Origin: a virus
Taxonomy: Duplodnaviria > Caudoviricetes
DNA length: 55,603 nucleotides
Virus record (IMG/VR): IMGVR_UViG_3300044713_000025
Span: 1-55,603 of that record
Reading direction: 5' to 3' (one strand)
In this document: piece after piece, positions 9,117-18,628 of the stretch
Layout: each line of letters starts with the position of its first letter
Position numbering within the stretch: position 1 is the stretch's first letter
Made by a program: the position numbers and the translations under genes
Notes under the pieces: generated by a model
Seen by the model: the letters and a program-made list of their open reading frames with translations, nothing else
Told to the model about the DNA's origin: nothing
Databases searched by the model: none

Positions 9117-9553
9117 GGCTCACCTACCACAATTCGCATCAGCATTCCGGTATATTCCGACTCAGGAAATACCTTCATCCACCCATGCCGCCCGACCGCT
9201 TCAAGCCAACGGCAGTCATGCAATTGCGCGAACTTGCCAAGCAGTTCCCGGAACTCACGTCGCCGCATTCGCTCACCGGGAGCGGCTTCGCCAAGCCATA
9301 CCCTGAGTGCAAGCCCAAGCGGATAGCTGACAAACTCAGTCACGCAGCACGCCTGAACTTTTCCGTCATACTGTATCCAGAGATGCGCCGCGCCGATCAT
9401 AATCATGCGCCGCACGTCCTCTGGCACATGCGTACGCGTCCGCGAGAGGTCAACGGCAAGAAGGGGAGCAATCTGCGGCCACAATCCCGTGACGTTCTCC
9501 GGCATCACGCGAAGGATCGGGGCGATATCGCTCATGTCCACGGCGGCGTTCAT
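9113..9553 (-). CDS. GNAT-fold virion assembly protein (P22 gp14-like position)
   Basis: LWI...ACCVTEFVSYP...L.VWLG...A..HDCRWLEAVGRHGW motif, typical of this gene slot. Confidence 0.6.
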   Translation of the reverse strand: MNAAVDMSDIAPILRVMPENVTGLWPQIAPLLAVDLSRTRTHVPEDVRRMIMIGAAHLWIQYDGKVQACCVTEFVSYPLGLALRVWLGEAAPGERMRRREFRELLGKFAQLHDCRWLEAVGRHGWMKVFPESEYTGMLMRIVVGEP

Positions 9554-10713
9554 CCGTAGAAGTTGTACCCTCCTCCAGTAGCGACAGAGTACGGATTATA
9601 ACCCGTGAAACTCGGTGTGCTGGCGTTGCTGTTGCCGAGCAACTGATTGAAATTCGGATTGAGCGGCGGCAGGGGATTGTTGAATCCAGCCGGTAATCCG
9701 CTACTTGCGGGAGGCGGCGTGACGGCCTGCCCCAAGCCAGCGCCAATCCCGGCTCCGCTCCCGATCTTCAGGAGAGATGCCATTGACGGAGATGTCACTG
9801 ATGGAGACGCCGAGTAAGGCGACGCCTGAGGAATTGTCCCCGCTCCGATCATGGCAGGGCTATCACCGGCAGCCGCTCGTGCTGCTATCGCCGCCTGCGC
9901 GTCAGCCCCAGTGGGAGCCATAAACGTCCCAGTTCCTGCTGCCCCGGCAACGTCGCCAGCCGCGCCACCGGAACCACCGATGAGACCTGATAGTCCTCCA
10001 GTGCCACCCGCGCCAAAATAGCCGCCAGCAGCCCCCCCAGCAGCGCCTAGCGCCGTCCCGAGAGGGCTGGAATGGTCAATGAGGCCACCAGCAGCGCCGC
10101 CAGCAGCGCCGCCTAAAGCCGCTCCAGCAGCGGTGCCTATCCCCGGTATAAAGGAGCCTCCAATCGCTCCGGCTATCGGTAGGAGCGCGCCAAGAATGCT
10201 GAACTCCTGTGCCCCTGTAGCCGGGTTGCGGCTGGCCTGCGGACTCCCGGCGGTGAACGTCTGAGGCCCGATGCCAAACCGCGCAAACGCTGCCCGAATA
10301 GCCGCCATCAGTTGCGGCGTCTGCGCCTCGGGCGGAATCTGGATTTCCCCAGGCGAGACATGAGCAACGATCGAGTCCCCGAATCTGCCCTGCATAGCCA
10401 TCTGCGGGGCGCTCTGTCCCATCGGACGCCCTCCCGCGACTTGCGGAGGCAATTGAGGGGCCTGCGGCGTACCGGGAGGCATCTGCTGCGGCGTTGGCAT
10501 TGCAGGAGGCATGCCTTGTGGCGGAACAGGAGGAGGAACCCCAGGCATTCCCGGCGGCGGCATTGCTCCGGGCATCCCCGCAGGCGGTGGCGACCCAGGC
10601 ATTCCCGGTGGCACTTGCGCCATGCCGGGCTGCTGGCCTTGTAACCGCGCCATGATGGCCTGTAGAACCTGCGGCGGCAGTTGGGGAGCCGCTCCATGCA
10701 TTGTGCCGCTCAT
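9550..10713 (-). CDS. Internal virion protein (P/Q/M-rich N-terminus, Gly-rich hydrophobic segment)
   Basis: GRFGDSIVAHVSPGE...RNPATGAQEF motif followed by a glycine-zipper-like segment. Confidence 0.65.
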   Translation of the reverse strand: MSGTMHGAAPQLPPQVLQAIMARLQGQQPGMAQVPPGMPGSPPPAGMPGAMPPPGMPGVPPPVPPQGMPPAMPTPQQMPPGTPQAPQLPPQVAGGRPMGQSAPQMAMQGRFGDSIVAHVSPGEIQIPPEAQTPQLMAAIRAAFARFGIGPQTFTAGSPQASRNPATGAQEFSILGALLPIAGAIGGSFIPGIGTAAGAALGGAAGGAAGGLIDHSSPLGTALGAAGGAAGGYFGAGGTGGLSGLIGGSGGAAGDVAGAAGTGTFMAPTGADAQAAIAARAAAGDSPAMIGAGTIPQASPYSASPSVTSPSMASLLKIGSGAGIGAGLGQAVTPPPASSGLPAGFNNPLPPLNPNFNQLLGNSNASTPSFTGYNPYSVATGGGYNFYG

Positions 10714-10994
10714 TATCCTAACCTCTGGCTGTTTGGGGCCGTGATACCCTTCGTCTGCATGGCTTCGACAAGCGTGGCCACAAAATTAGACAAGGCATCC
10801 GTCCCTGTCATCGTATTTACATATGTATATGACGAAACCACAAACGGGGCAATCGGAGCCGTATTGACCATGCTATCCGTCTCGATCCGGCTCTTGACTT
10901 GGGACATCCACTGATAGACCGCCTGCTGCCACTGTTGGGTGTTTGCCCCATAACTTGAGGGATTAGGCGGCGCCGGTAGCTGGGTTCGGTTCAT
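10713..10994 (-). CDS. Small tail-associated protein
   Basis: Coupled ORF within the tail module. Confidence 0.6.
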   Translation of the reverse strand: MNRTQLPAPPNPSSYGANTQQWQQAVYQWMSQVKSRIETDSMVNTAPIAPFVVSSYTYVNTMTGTDALSNFVATLVEAMQTKGITAPNSQRLG

Positions 10995-11893
10995 GGCAGG
11001 CCCTCTAGGATCATCGTGCCCGAGAATGTGCCACCAGAGGGAATGATCTGTGCGAAATTCATCAGCGCTGGCGAAAGCAACGGCGACGAACCGCCGATCG
11101 TTAGGGTAAGGGAGTCGCTGGAAGTCACCTCCTGGCCGCTTCCAAATACCCGCGCCACGAGAACCGACGATCCAGGAGACATCTGGATAGACGCATCCAA
11201 TGCGCCGATGGAGGAGTTTGAAAGGCTGTTGCCGATCAGAATGCCAGTCGCTGATCCAGACCCGGCCCCGGAGAATGTTCCTCCTCCGACCGCGCTTACT
11301 TGCCCGAACGCATAGGAATAGCCGCTCCCGATAAAGCTCGAACCCCCATTACTGGAAAACTGGAGATAAAGGCTTGTTGCGTTCGCGCTTACCGTTGTGT
11401 CTTGCAGGGTCAGCCGATAACGCTGAAAACCGGATGGCAGGGCAAAAGGCTGCGCGGATGACGATGCTGGGGAATAGGTGTTGATTGTTTGCCAGCCCAA
11501 CCCCGCCGTGGATGGGATATAGACGTTCGTTGAATCCGAATAGACAAAGATGTTGCCGCCTTGCGGAGAGCCAACCCCGATAGACCCTCCGGCCGCCGTT
11601 ATCACCGTGATCGTGTATGCCCCGGTGGTCTGGTTCTCTATGAAGTAGAAACCACCAACCGCTGGCAGGATCAGATTAATGTTCCCGGTCAGCGCGCCGG
11701 TTAATTGGAGCGTGAGGTTCTGTGCTTGTGTGGGGGTAACAGTGACATCCGACGATCCGGCACAGTTGATTGTCGTTAGACCACCCAGGTTCGCGTCAAC
11801 GATGCCCCAGTTGCCGTTTGTCTCTCCGCCCCACGTCCCGTAATCACCTCCAACATTTGGCAACGTGTAACCTTTGTTGGTTGTCGTTGTCAT
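10991..11893 (-). CDS. Tail fiber/needle-like protein
   Basis: N-terminal GTWG.ETN.NW.IVD and LTGALTGNINLILP...IENQTTGAYTITV; S/T/G-rich. Confidence 0.65.
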   Translation of the reverse strand: MTTTTNKGYTLPNVGGDYGTWGGETNGNWGIVDANLGGLTTINCAGSSDVTVTPTQAQNLTLQLTGALTGNINLILPAVGGFYFIENQTTGAYTITVITAAGGSIGVGSPQGGNIFVYSDSTNVYIPSTAGLGWQTINTYSPASSSAQPFALPSGFQRYRLTLQDTTVSANATSLYLQFSSNGGSSFIGSGYSYAFGQVSAVGGGTFSGAGSGSATGILIGNSLSNSSIGALDASIQMSPGSSVLVARVFGSGQEVTSSDSLTLTIGGSSPLLSPALMNFAQIIPSGGTFSGTMILEGLP

Positions 11894-13947
11894 CGACGCG
11901 CTCCTGCCGGTTGCACGTCAAGGCGCGGAACCCCGAGGCGCATGTTATCTCCCAGATTGTTATCATAGATTTTGAAGCCGAATATCTTGCCAGAAGATCG
12001 TAAGTCCTGGCGTTCGGTGTTGGAGGTTATCGCATACGGACCATCCAGATTCGCCGGATCAGCGGGGTAGTACCGCGTGATGATTTCCAGGCTCATTGTG
12101 CCCACTAGGTATTCTTGATCTGGAATGAACCCGAAAATGTCCACATTCCGCTCGCCGTTGCTGATATCCAGACCATCAAGTCGAAGGAAATAGGTAATCG
12201 GAGAACCGTTCGCATCAACGCCAGTTTCATCATTGTAGATGAGATTGGAACTATCGGCGCTCACTGGCGTTGCCAGCAATTCGGCATCCGCTCCGCATGT
12301 TCTGCCGAAGTCCAGGGTGGACCAGCACTGTTGGTCATACTGATAGATCACCCCAGCATTCGCGAAGCTGCTTGATGATCCCGTGGGATAATAGAACCTG
12401 ACCTGTCGCTTGCGTCGGTTCAGGACCGCCGTGCATTGGTTCAACAGCAACGGATTGAGCGCGGAAAACACATAAGCCCTGATATCGTCGGTCGGGAGTA
12501 CCGTGACCGCACCGTTCCAACTCCAGAAATCCTGATCGGACATCCAGTAGGCTATGCCACCTTCCACACAGACAGCCGTTGGGTCAACAAGTCCGCAGTT
12601 GTCACCAATCTGCGGTGTCGAATAAATCTCCTGCGACCCGGTGTAGTTCATCTGGAAACAGCAGAGGTCGGTGAAGATCAGCGAAACGCCGTCGCGGATG
12701 CCTATGCCACCGACAAAGTATGACCCTCCAACCAGCGTACGACCTGAGTTCGCAGTGTTGGTTGGAGTGGTTGTCCAGTCGGTATAATCATCCTGATCTG
12801 CCCATGCCATCTCCATAGGATTGGCCGTGATACCAAGTGCCACCACAAACCGCTCTGGCGTGACAAACATCGCAAGAACAGAGGACGGCGCATTGAGCAA
12901 CGGATACGAACGTCCGCCCACTGATGGGTCATAGACATAGATCGTGCCGCCAATCGGGCAACTCAGCATCTGGTAGCCATAAGCCGATAGCGTCCAGCCA
13001 TTATGGCGCGTTATGGTACTGGTCGAACCGTACCCATAGGCGCCCACACCATAAGCCCCACCGCCATAAGGCTGTCCGGTTGTCGAAGCAGTCTGTGGGA
13101 TAACCACGTCATAAGTAACGCTCACAGACCCACCGCCAGGACCAGCGCTGCTTGTAGCTGGCGTTGGCGATGTGATGTCGTAGTTATTCGCGTCAATAAT
13201 CGTCGTGATCTGGAACTCGCCATTCAACGTCAAACCGCCAACGGGACTCGCGCCAGAGAAATCGACATATTCCCCTGACGATGCTCCGTGCGCCGTGTGC
13301 GTGACCTTGACCGTTGTTGAATTGAGGATCGTGGTGAACGGGCTGGTCAGGGTAACGCGCGGATATTGGAAGGTAATCGTTCCCCCGCCGGGCCCTGCTC
13401 CGCTCGTTGCGGCTGTCGGCGTCGTGATGTTGTAGCCAGTTCCAGATCGGCCAGAGACGGGATACCAGCCATTGATTGTTAGACCGCCAACGGCAGAGGC
13501 AGCGGAAAGCATCACCCAGTCGCCATTCTGAAGTGCCTGACTGCTATCCGCTATGGCAACCACGTTGCTATTGTTGGTCGTGGTTATCGCGTTCGTCAGC
13601 GTTCCGGTACTGATCGTCCGCAATGGGGTTATGTCGGTCAACACTCCATTGAGCAGGTAATAGAGGTGCGTTTGCGTCCCTACTGCCACACGGACAGAAC
13701 CCGTATTATCCCGCCATGGCTGAATACAGGACGGCACCCCAACAGTGGTACTCAGGCTCGCAGCAGACCATCCTGCGATCTTCTGCGGGAACCCCGCGAT
13801 GAACTCGATATTCTGAGCCAGCGTATAGCGGCCTTGTCCTTGCCTGTAGGCCACGCCGGAACTGATGAACGCCACCTCCTTGCCAGACGCGTAAGTGGTG
13901 TTCGACAGGTAAACCCCAGGAGGTGGCGCTACCGGCAACAGTGGCAT
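11890..13947 (-). CDS. Tail hub / packaged-DNA stabilisation protein (P22 gp10-like)
   Basis: About 685 aa beta-rich protein directly after the adaptor; WADQDDYTDW, CGLV.P.A, MRLG.PRLD.QPAGAR C-terminus. Confidence 0.75.
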   Translation of the reverse strand: MPLLPVAPPPGVYLSNTTYASGKEVAFISSGVAYRQGQGRYTLAQNIEFIAGFPQKIAGWSAASLSTTVGVPSCIQPWRDNTGSVRVAVGTQTHLYYLLNGVLTDITPLRTISTGTLTNAITTTNNSNVVAIADSSQALQNGDWVMLSAASAVGGLTINGWYPVSGRSGTGYNITTPTAATSGAGPGGGTITFQYPRVTLTSPFTTILNSTTVKVTHTAHGASSGEYVDFSGASPVGGLTLNGEFQITTIIDANNYDITSPTPATSSAGPGGGSVSVTYDVVIPQTASTTGQPYGGGAYGVGAYGYGSTSTITRHNGWTLSAYGYQMLSCPIGGTIYVYDPSVGGRSYPLLNAPSSVLAMFVTPERFVVALGITANPMEMAWADQDDYTDWTTTPTNTANSGRTLVGGSYFVGGIGIRDGVSLIFTDLCCFQMNYTGSQEIYSTPQIGDNCGLVDPTAVCVEGGIAYWMSDQDFWSWNGAVTVLPTDDIRAYVFSALNPLLLNQCTAVLNRRKRQVRFYYPTGSSSSFANAGVIYQYDQQCWSTLDFGRTCGADAELLATPVSADSSNLIYNDETGVDANGSPITYFLRLDGLDISNGERNVDIFGFIPDQEYLVGTMSLEIITRYYPADPANLDGPYAITSNTERQDLRSSGKIFGFKIYDNNLGDNMRLGVPRLDVQPAGARR
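13111..13602 (-). repeat. Tandem duplication of an ~80-aa beta domain inside the tail hub
   Basis: TLTNAITT...GDWVMLSAASAVGGLTINGWY...ATSGAGPGGG versus TLTSPFTT...GEYVDFSGASPVGGLTLNGEF...ATSSAGPGGG. Confidence 0.85.
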
Positions 13948-14648
13948 CAGTAGCCTGCCCATCCCGTCACATAGGCCGGGAAATTGCTTGCTACACCACC
14001 GCCTTGGATAATCATCCCAGCCTCGGTGGCGCGGCGTGCGCGGTCGCTTTCCTCCTGCGCCTTGTCTATCTCGTCCTGTGCAAGCTGGTCCCAGTAGGTG
14101 CGGTCATAGTTACCTACGCCGCTATCCTTTGCCCACTCGCTCGCGGCCGCCATGCAACAGAGCCGCATCAGACGCGGATAGTACTGCGTGATAAAGTTCG
14201 TGATGGACTGCGAGAGCGGCGCGGGCTGCTGGAAGTAGAGAAACGCATACGTGTATGTTAGGTCGGGAGGGCTATCGAACTGGAGATACGTGCTGTCGAA
14301 GTAGTACATCAACGGCTGCTGTTTGACGCGGTTTCCGCTGCCGTCATAGGTCCAGTTTGCCACGACATCCTGATAGGGCTTTTGCGGCATGATCTGGAAG
14401 TACTGCCCCGTCGTCAGCAGCATGGCCGGTTCCAGCATGTCGGCTGGAGGCGTAAGGTACGGCTGCCCTACCGTGAAGTTTCCAGTTACGACCGGAGGAA
14501 ACATCCGCCAATGACGGAGACGCCGATAAATCCACGATTCGGCCTCAACCACGATCTCTGGAACGTCTCCGACAATCGTGGAATTATTGAGCCAACGCGC
14601 CACTGAGCCAGGAGTGGTGTTGCTCGCTGTGAGTTGGTTATAGTCCAC
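13947..14648 (-). CDS. Head-tail adaptor protein (P22 gp4-like role)
   Basis: DYNQL...VARWLN...EAESWIYRRLR, PPDLTY..YF..P..LS..TN motifs; GTG start at 14648. Confidence 0.75.
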   Translation of the reverse strand: MDYNQLTASNTTPGSVARWLNNSTIVGDVPEIVVEAESWIYRRLRHWRMFPPVVTGNFTVGQPYLTPPADMLEPAMLLTTGQYFQIMPQKPYQDVVANWTYDGSGNRVKQQPLMYYFDSTYLQFDSPPDLTYTYAFLYFQQPAPLSQSITNFITQYYPRLMRLCCMAAASEWAKDSGVGNYDRTYWDQLAQDEIDKAQEESDRARRATEAGMIIQGGGVASNFPAYVTGWAGY

Positions 14649-14649
14649 G

Positions 14650-16224
14650 TCACGCGGCCTTCTTAGCGCCGATATTGAGCGCAATCGCCTCGAACACGAC
14701 GGATGGCGCTACGCCAGATGCACACTTAGCAGCGCCGGTCTCGTTGTCCTTGTGGCAGAACTCCCAGGTATGATGCAGCCGATGGCACGGATAGCAGGGC
14801 GCGCGTTCCATGTCTGGCGTGAGGACCGTCGTATTGATCCAGTGCTTTGTCAGGTTCTCGTGCGAGGAATGCGAAAGGTAGATGACCTTTGGCACGCTCT
14901 CCATCGCCGCTGCATTCATCGGACCTGTCTCCGGTCCCACGATGCAATCAACCACCTTCAGGAACGACAGGGACCGCCGTATGGGCCACACGCCCGCAAT
15001 CCCATGGACCCGGCGCATATCCGCTCCACGAGGCTTCAGGCAGCTCATGATGCCTTCCTGAAGCTGCTTGCCCACCCCAGGATCACCATACAAAACCAAA
15101 TGACAGGGCGTCCGTTCCAGCAACCATGTCCCGACAATATGGACCCACGGATAAACCTTATGAGCGGAGGAACCATTGACCACCCATACGATCACCGGAC
15201 CATCCATCTGGCGTCGGGTGACTTCCGCCAGCTTCATCTCAGCTTCGGTGGCGTGAAAACGGGAATTGCTGAACTCGTGGGGCACAGCGGCGATATTGCA
15301 CGTATGCTCCAGATAGTTCGTGCGGCCCATGACCAATCGCCGAGCTTCTTCTGGATAGCCATGGTTCAGCCGTCCAGGGAGGGCCAGCAGAAGCCCCTCG
15401 ACCGATTCCGATAGGTTGATGATCCGGTCGTACCGCTGCTCCAACCCTTTCCAGTAGGGACCTAGCGTCTCGTTTGGCACGAAGTCATCAGCCTGGATCA
15501 GCCATTCGTCTATGTGGGGATCGTGCTCCAGAACATCCTTGGTCGCCGGTTTGCAGTTGATGGTGATATGATAGCGTTGCTCTTTAAGTCCCGGCAGAAT
15601 GGACGCCATGACAAACACATCGCCAATGGCTCCGTAGCGGATAATCAGCGCCCGCTTTTTCCCCTCTGGATTTCTCTGCCAGAGATTCTCACGCCACTCC
15701 TTATCCGCCAGCTTACGAGCCACCACGAGCAATCCGTATTCATCGTCCTCGCTGCGTTCCTCGCTTTCGACCAGTTCCCAGCCGCAGGAGGTGTCCTGCA
15801 ACAGCGTCTCGATATCGCCCCTGTTGACCTGCCACTTCTGGAACGGGTCGGCGAACTCCTCGCCTTCCATCGGGACCAGAAAGGAGTTCGGCAAATAGAG
15901 GACCAGATAACCGCCGACTTTCAGAACGCGCGACCACTCCTCCAGTACAACTGGCACCTTGGACCGCTCGATCTGGTGCAGCAGGAAAGAGGAAAACACG
16001 CTGTCATACGACCCATCGGTAAAGCCCGACAGATTAGTTCCATCGCCAAGGATATTGGTAATCGGACGCCCTCGATCAGTGCCAGTATCAATGCCCGTAA
16101 CCGTGGGCCAGACGCTTCCGGGGCCAGAGCCGATATCTAGTGCTTTGCCTTGGAGATACGGCACGATGATCGGCGCGATCTTGGCCGCCTCGCAGCCACC
16201 GAATAACTCTGGGCGGAAGGTCAC
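14650..16224 (-). CDS. SAM methyltransferase fused to a GT9 (heptosyltransferase-like) glycosyltransferase
   Basis: N-terminal LDIGSG, YDSVFSSFLLH and EWSRVLKVGGYL. C-terminal IIRYGAIGD, PHIDE, GSSAHKVYP, VGPETGPMNAA and PCYPCH. Confidence 0.88.
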   Translation of the reverse strand: MTFRPELFGGCEAAKIAPIIVPYLQGKALDIGSGPGSVWPTVTGIDTGTDRGRPITNILGDGTNLSGFTDGSYDSVFSSFLLHQIERSKVPVVLEEWSRVLKVGGYLVLYLPNSFLVPMEGEEFADPFQKWQVNRGDIETLLQDTSCGWELVESEERSEDDEYGLLVVARKLADKEWRENLWQRNPEGKKRALIIRYGAIGDVFVMASILPGLKEQRYHITINCKPATKDVLEHDPHIDEWLIQADDFVPNETLGPYWKGLEQRYDRIINLSESVEGLLLALPGRLNHGYPEEARRLVMGRTNYLEHTCNIAAVPHEFSNSRFHATEAEMKLAEVTRRQMDGPVIVWVVNGSSAHKVYPWVHIVGTWLLERTPCHLVLYGDPGVGKQLQEGIMSCLKPRGADMRRVHGIAGVWPIRRSLSFLKVVDCIVGPETGPMNAAAMESVPKVIYLSHSSHENLTKHWINTTVLTPDMERAPCYPCHRLHHTWEFCHKDNETGAAKCASGVAPSVVFEAIALNIGAKKAA

Positions 16225-16748
16225 ACACCCTCCTTACGGGCAAACCACCGCACATTCTGGAGGTGCAGAAAGCCCCGCATCCGATCCTCAATCAGCGGCT
16301 TGCAGCCCTCTTGGTCCATATCGTCGAATACGATAATCCCCCCCACCGGAAGCCGATGCCAGAAGATATCAATGACCGCCCGCACGCTCTCCACCTGATC
16401 GCAGTCACAATGCACAAACGACACTGGCGGGAACTCAATCGGCATCGTGTAAGGGAAAGCCCCGACATGGAAAACCGCATCGGGAATTGCCGCCTTCACA
16501 GCCTCCAGGCTTGCGTCCCCAAAGTCCCCGACCTTATGCCCGTCGCCGGGACCAGAGAACGGAATGCCATTGAAGGTATCGAACAGATGCAATTCCCTGC
16601 CCTGCTCACGGGCCACGGAAGCCAGCACATAGGCTGACCCACCCTTATACACCCCGACCTCTACAAAGGCCCCAGGAGGCGTCTGGGAGGCCAGTTCAGC
16701 GGTGAACTTCACACGGTCAGGATCAATGAGCGAAACAGGTTCACTCAT
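16221..16748 (-). CDS. TylF/MycF/NovP-family O-methyltransferase
   Basis: FVEVGVYKGGS, LFDTFNG, FVHCDCD and GGIIVFDD motifs. Confidence 0.88.
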   Translation of the reverse strand: MSEPVSLIDPDRVKFTAELASQTPPGAFVEVGVYKGGSAYVLASVAREQGRELHLFDTFNGIPFSGPGDGHKVGDFGDASLEAVKAAIPDAVFHVGAFPYTMPIEFPPVSFVHCDCDQVESVRAVIDIFWHRLPVGGIIVFDDMDQEGCKPLIEDRMRGFLHLQNVRWFARKEGV

Positions 16749-16974
16749 CCTGCGCCGTTCCAAAGACCGTCGCCTGGACGGACGGCACTTTCCTCTGAGG
16801 TAGCGTCAATTTCGGCTGCTGCTTTGCAGGACGCTCCTGCGTTTCCCGCCCGGTATCCCAGTCGCCGTCAAACAGCGACCCATCGGCTCGGAAATACATC
16901 CCGTCCTGCCGGTACTTCACCGCGCCCAGATCAACTACGGTGTAGTACTCACGGTCAAAGTCCATGTCCGGCAT
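16741..16974 (-). CDS. Hypothetical protein (77 aa)
   Basis: Coupled ORF with a Y.QDG.YF..DG motif. Confidence 0.65.
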   Translation of the reverse strand: MPDMDFDREYYTVVDLGAVKYRQDGMYFRADGSLFDGDWDTGRETQERPAKQQPKLTLPQRKVPSVQATVFGTAQDE

Positions 16975-17216
16975 CAGATGCGGCCACGGAAGCTGCGTTC
17001 CTCGACCTCCCCAATGCTGGGGCCGTAGGACGAAAATCCCTGCTTCAGATCGGCCATAGTCTGACCCTGCTCATCAAGGGAAGCGCCGAGTCCATAGCCG
17101 GGATCGTAGGATGCCTCCGCGACCTCAATCGGCGAACCAACCGCGCCTTCAACATCGGTCAGGGTTTCGCCCGAGACATCGCCGCCACGGCTGGCACGCT
17201 CTGGGTTGTTCGGCAT
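16974..17216 (-). CDS. Hypothetical acidic protein (80 aa)
   Basis: GGAG RBS precedes ATG 17216. Confidence 0.6.
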   Translation of the reverse strand: MPNNPERASRGGDVSGETLTDVEGAVGSPIEVAEASYDPGYGLGASLDEQGQTMADLKQGFSSYGPSIGEVEERSFRGRI

Positions 17217-17275
17217 TGAAATCTCCATCGCTTTTGTATATTCACAGGTCGATACAGACTGCGACAGAGACGACG

Positions 17276-17297
17276 CCCCCCGGCAGCCACCGGGGGG
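17276..17297. terminator. GC hairpin (terminator or processing site)
   Basis: CCCCCCGG-6 nt-CCGGGGGG in the intergenic gap; only a weak U tract. Confidence 0.4.
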
Positions 17298-17304
17298 TTC
17301 TTCC

Positions 17305-17763
17305 TTAATCCATCCGGCGCTCGCGCCTTGAACCACCCTCGCCGCGCTCGCCACGGTCGATCTCATCACCGCGCATCCGATCGCCACCACGGCCACCACC
17401 CGGCGACAGATGGGCCTTTGGGCCGGTCACATACCCACCATCCCCCCATTCCTGGGTATAGGGCGTCCATTCCGGGCCGCCGCTATCATCGCGCGGCAGA
17501 AGCTCGAAGTCAGGGATCAGGAACGGACGGGTATCCGCCGCGTCGCGCCCGGTTGGCTCATGCTCGCCCCGATTGCCGTCCATCTCGTGCGGTGCCCCAC
17601 GCGCGCCTTCATGATGTGCCCCACGTCCCACGCGTTCGCGGCCGTCATGGTGCGCCCCATGCTCATGGCGAGGGTGCATGTGCCCCTTGTGAACGTCATG
17701 GTGGAGGTGGTGTTCCGGGTGCTCCTCATGGGTCACATGCGGCGCCGGGTGTTTACGTGCCAT
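17305..17763 (-). CDS. His-rich, probably disordered protein
   Basis: HPAPHVTHEEHPEHHLHHDVHKGHMHPRHEHGAHH N-terminus; AAGGGG RBS. Confidence 0.65.
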   Translation of the reverse strand: MARKHPAPHVTHEEHPEHHLHHDVHKGHMHPRHEHGAHHDGRERVGRGAHHEGARGAPHEMDGNRGEHEPTGRDAADTRPFLIPDFELLPRDDSGGPEWTPYTQEWGDGGYVTGPKAHLSPGGGRGGDRMRGDEIDRGERGEGGSRRERRMD

Positions 17764-17765
17764 CG

Positions 17766-18176
17766 TCAGCCCCTTTCAGTAGGGATGCGCGGACGGGTCA
17801 GAAAACCCTCCGTCCGGCGGTTACGCATACGGAACTCGAAATCGTCCGGCTCCGCTTCGACATTGCCCGGCGTCACATCGGACTCGCGCGGCAAGGACGA
17901 CCGTTCCTTGTAGTTCTCCAACTGATACGCAGGGTTCTCGGTAATCAGCGGCTCACACCAACCCCTCTCAAGGTCAGCATCATCCGCCCCATACCCGGCG
18001 AAAACCCTTACGCCGTCTGGATTGGGCCACGGCTTGCCATCGTTCGTGGCATAGTTCCCAAGCTGCCCACGATCCCGATAGCCGTCGTTGCCCCGGTCTG
18101 AGCGAGGAACCGGCCGATAGTCCGACTCCTCCTCGCTCTCCCCGCCAACACCAACGACGATGCCGAGAATGCCCAT
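17766..18176 (-). CDS. Hypothetical acidic protein
   Basis: Coupled ORF in the head operon. Confidence 0.65.
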   Translation of the reverse strand: MGILGIVVGVGGESEEESDYRPVPRSDRGNDGYRDRGQLGNYATNDGKPWPNPDGVRVFAGYGADDADLERGWCEPLITENPAYQLENYKERSSLPRESDVTPGNVEAEPDDFEFRMRNRRTEGFLTRPRIPTERG

Positions 18177-18628
18177 CAGTTGTTCGGTCCTGTCCAGGTC
18201 GCCTCTGGGTCGAGGTACGTCTCAATCTCAAGATCGGCCGTGCCAGTCGCATCGGTGCCGTTCTTGATGTAGAGTACCGCACCAGCCACCAGACGCAGGT
18301 TCATGTCGGTAGAGGTCGAAACACTCGCCTGCGTAGACGAACCAAGCGCGAAAGTCACGATGGTATTCGTCCCCGTATTGGTGGTCAGCGTGGTTCCCGC
18401 GCCAGTCCCAAAGCCAGTGATGTAGGTGCCAATCACCATCAGGTTAGCCGAGTTTCCCGCACCGGACGAAGTGCCAGCAACCCGGACAGTGCAGACCGCT
18501 TTGCGAAGCCGCATGTCAGAGATGAAGGACTTCTGCCCCGTCAGGGCAGCCGCACCAGCCGAACTCGCGATGCTGATCGACTGCCTCGTGAGATAGCTGG
18601 GATGATCGTACGAGCCTTGTGCCATCAT
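18176..18628 (-). CDS. Probable capsid decoration/cement protein
   Basis: Thr/Gly-rich beta protein with a strong AAGGAG RBS; first structural gene after the MCP once the HNH insertion is set aside. Confidence 0.55.
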   Translation of the reverse strand: MMAQGSYDHPSYLTRQSISIASSAGAAALTGQKSFISDMRLRKAVCTVRVAGTSSGAGNSANLMVIGTYITGFGTGAGTTLTTNTGTNTIVTFALGSSTQASVSTSTDMNLRLVAGAVLYIKNGTDATGTADLEIETYLDPEATWTGPNN

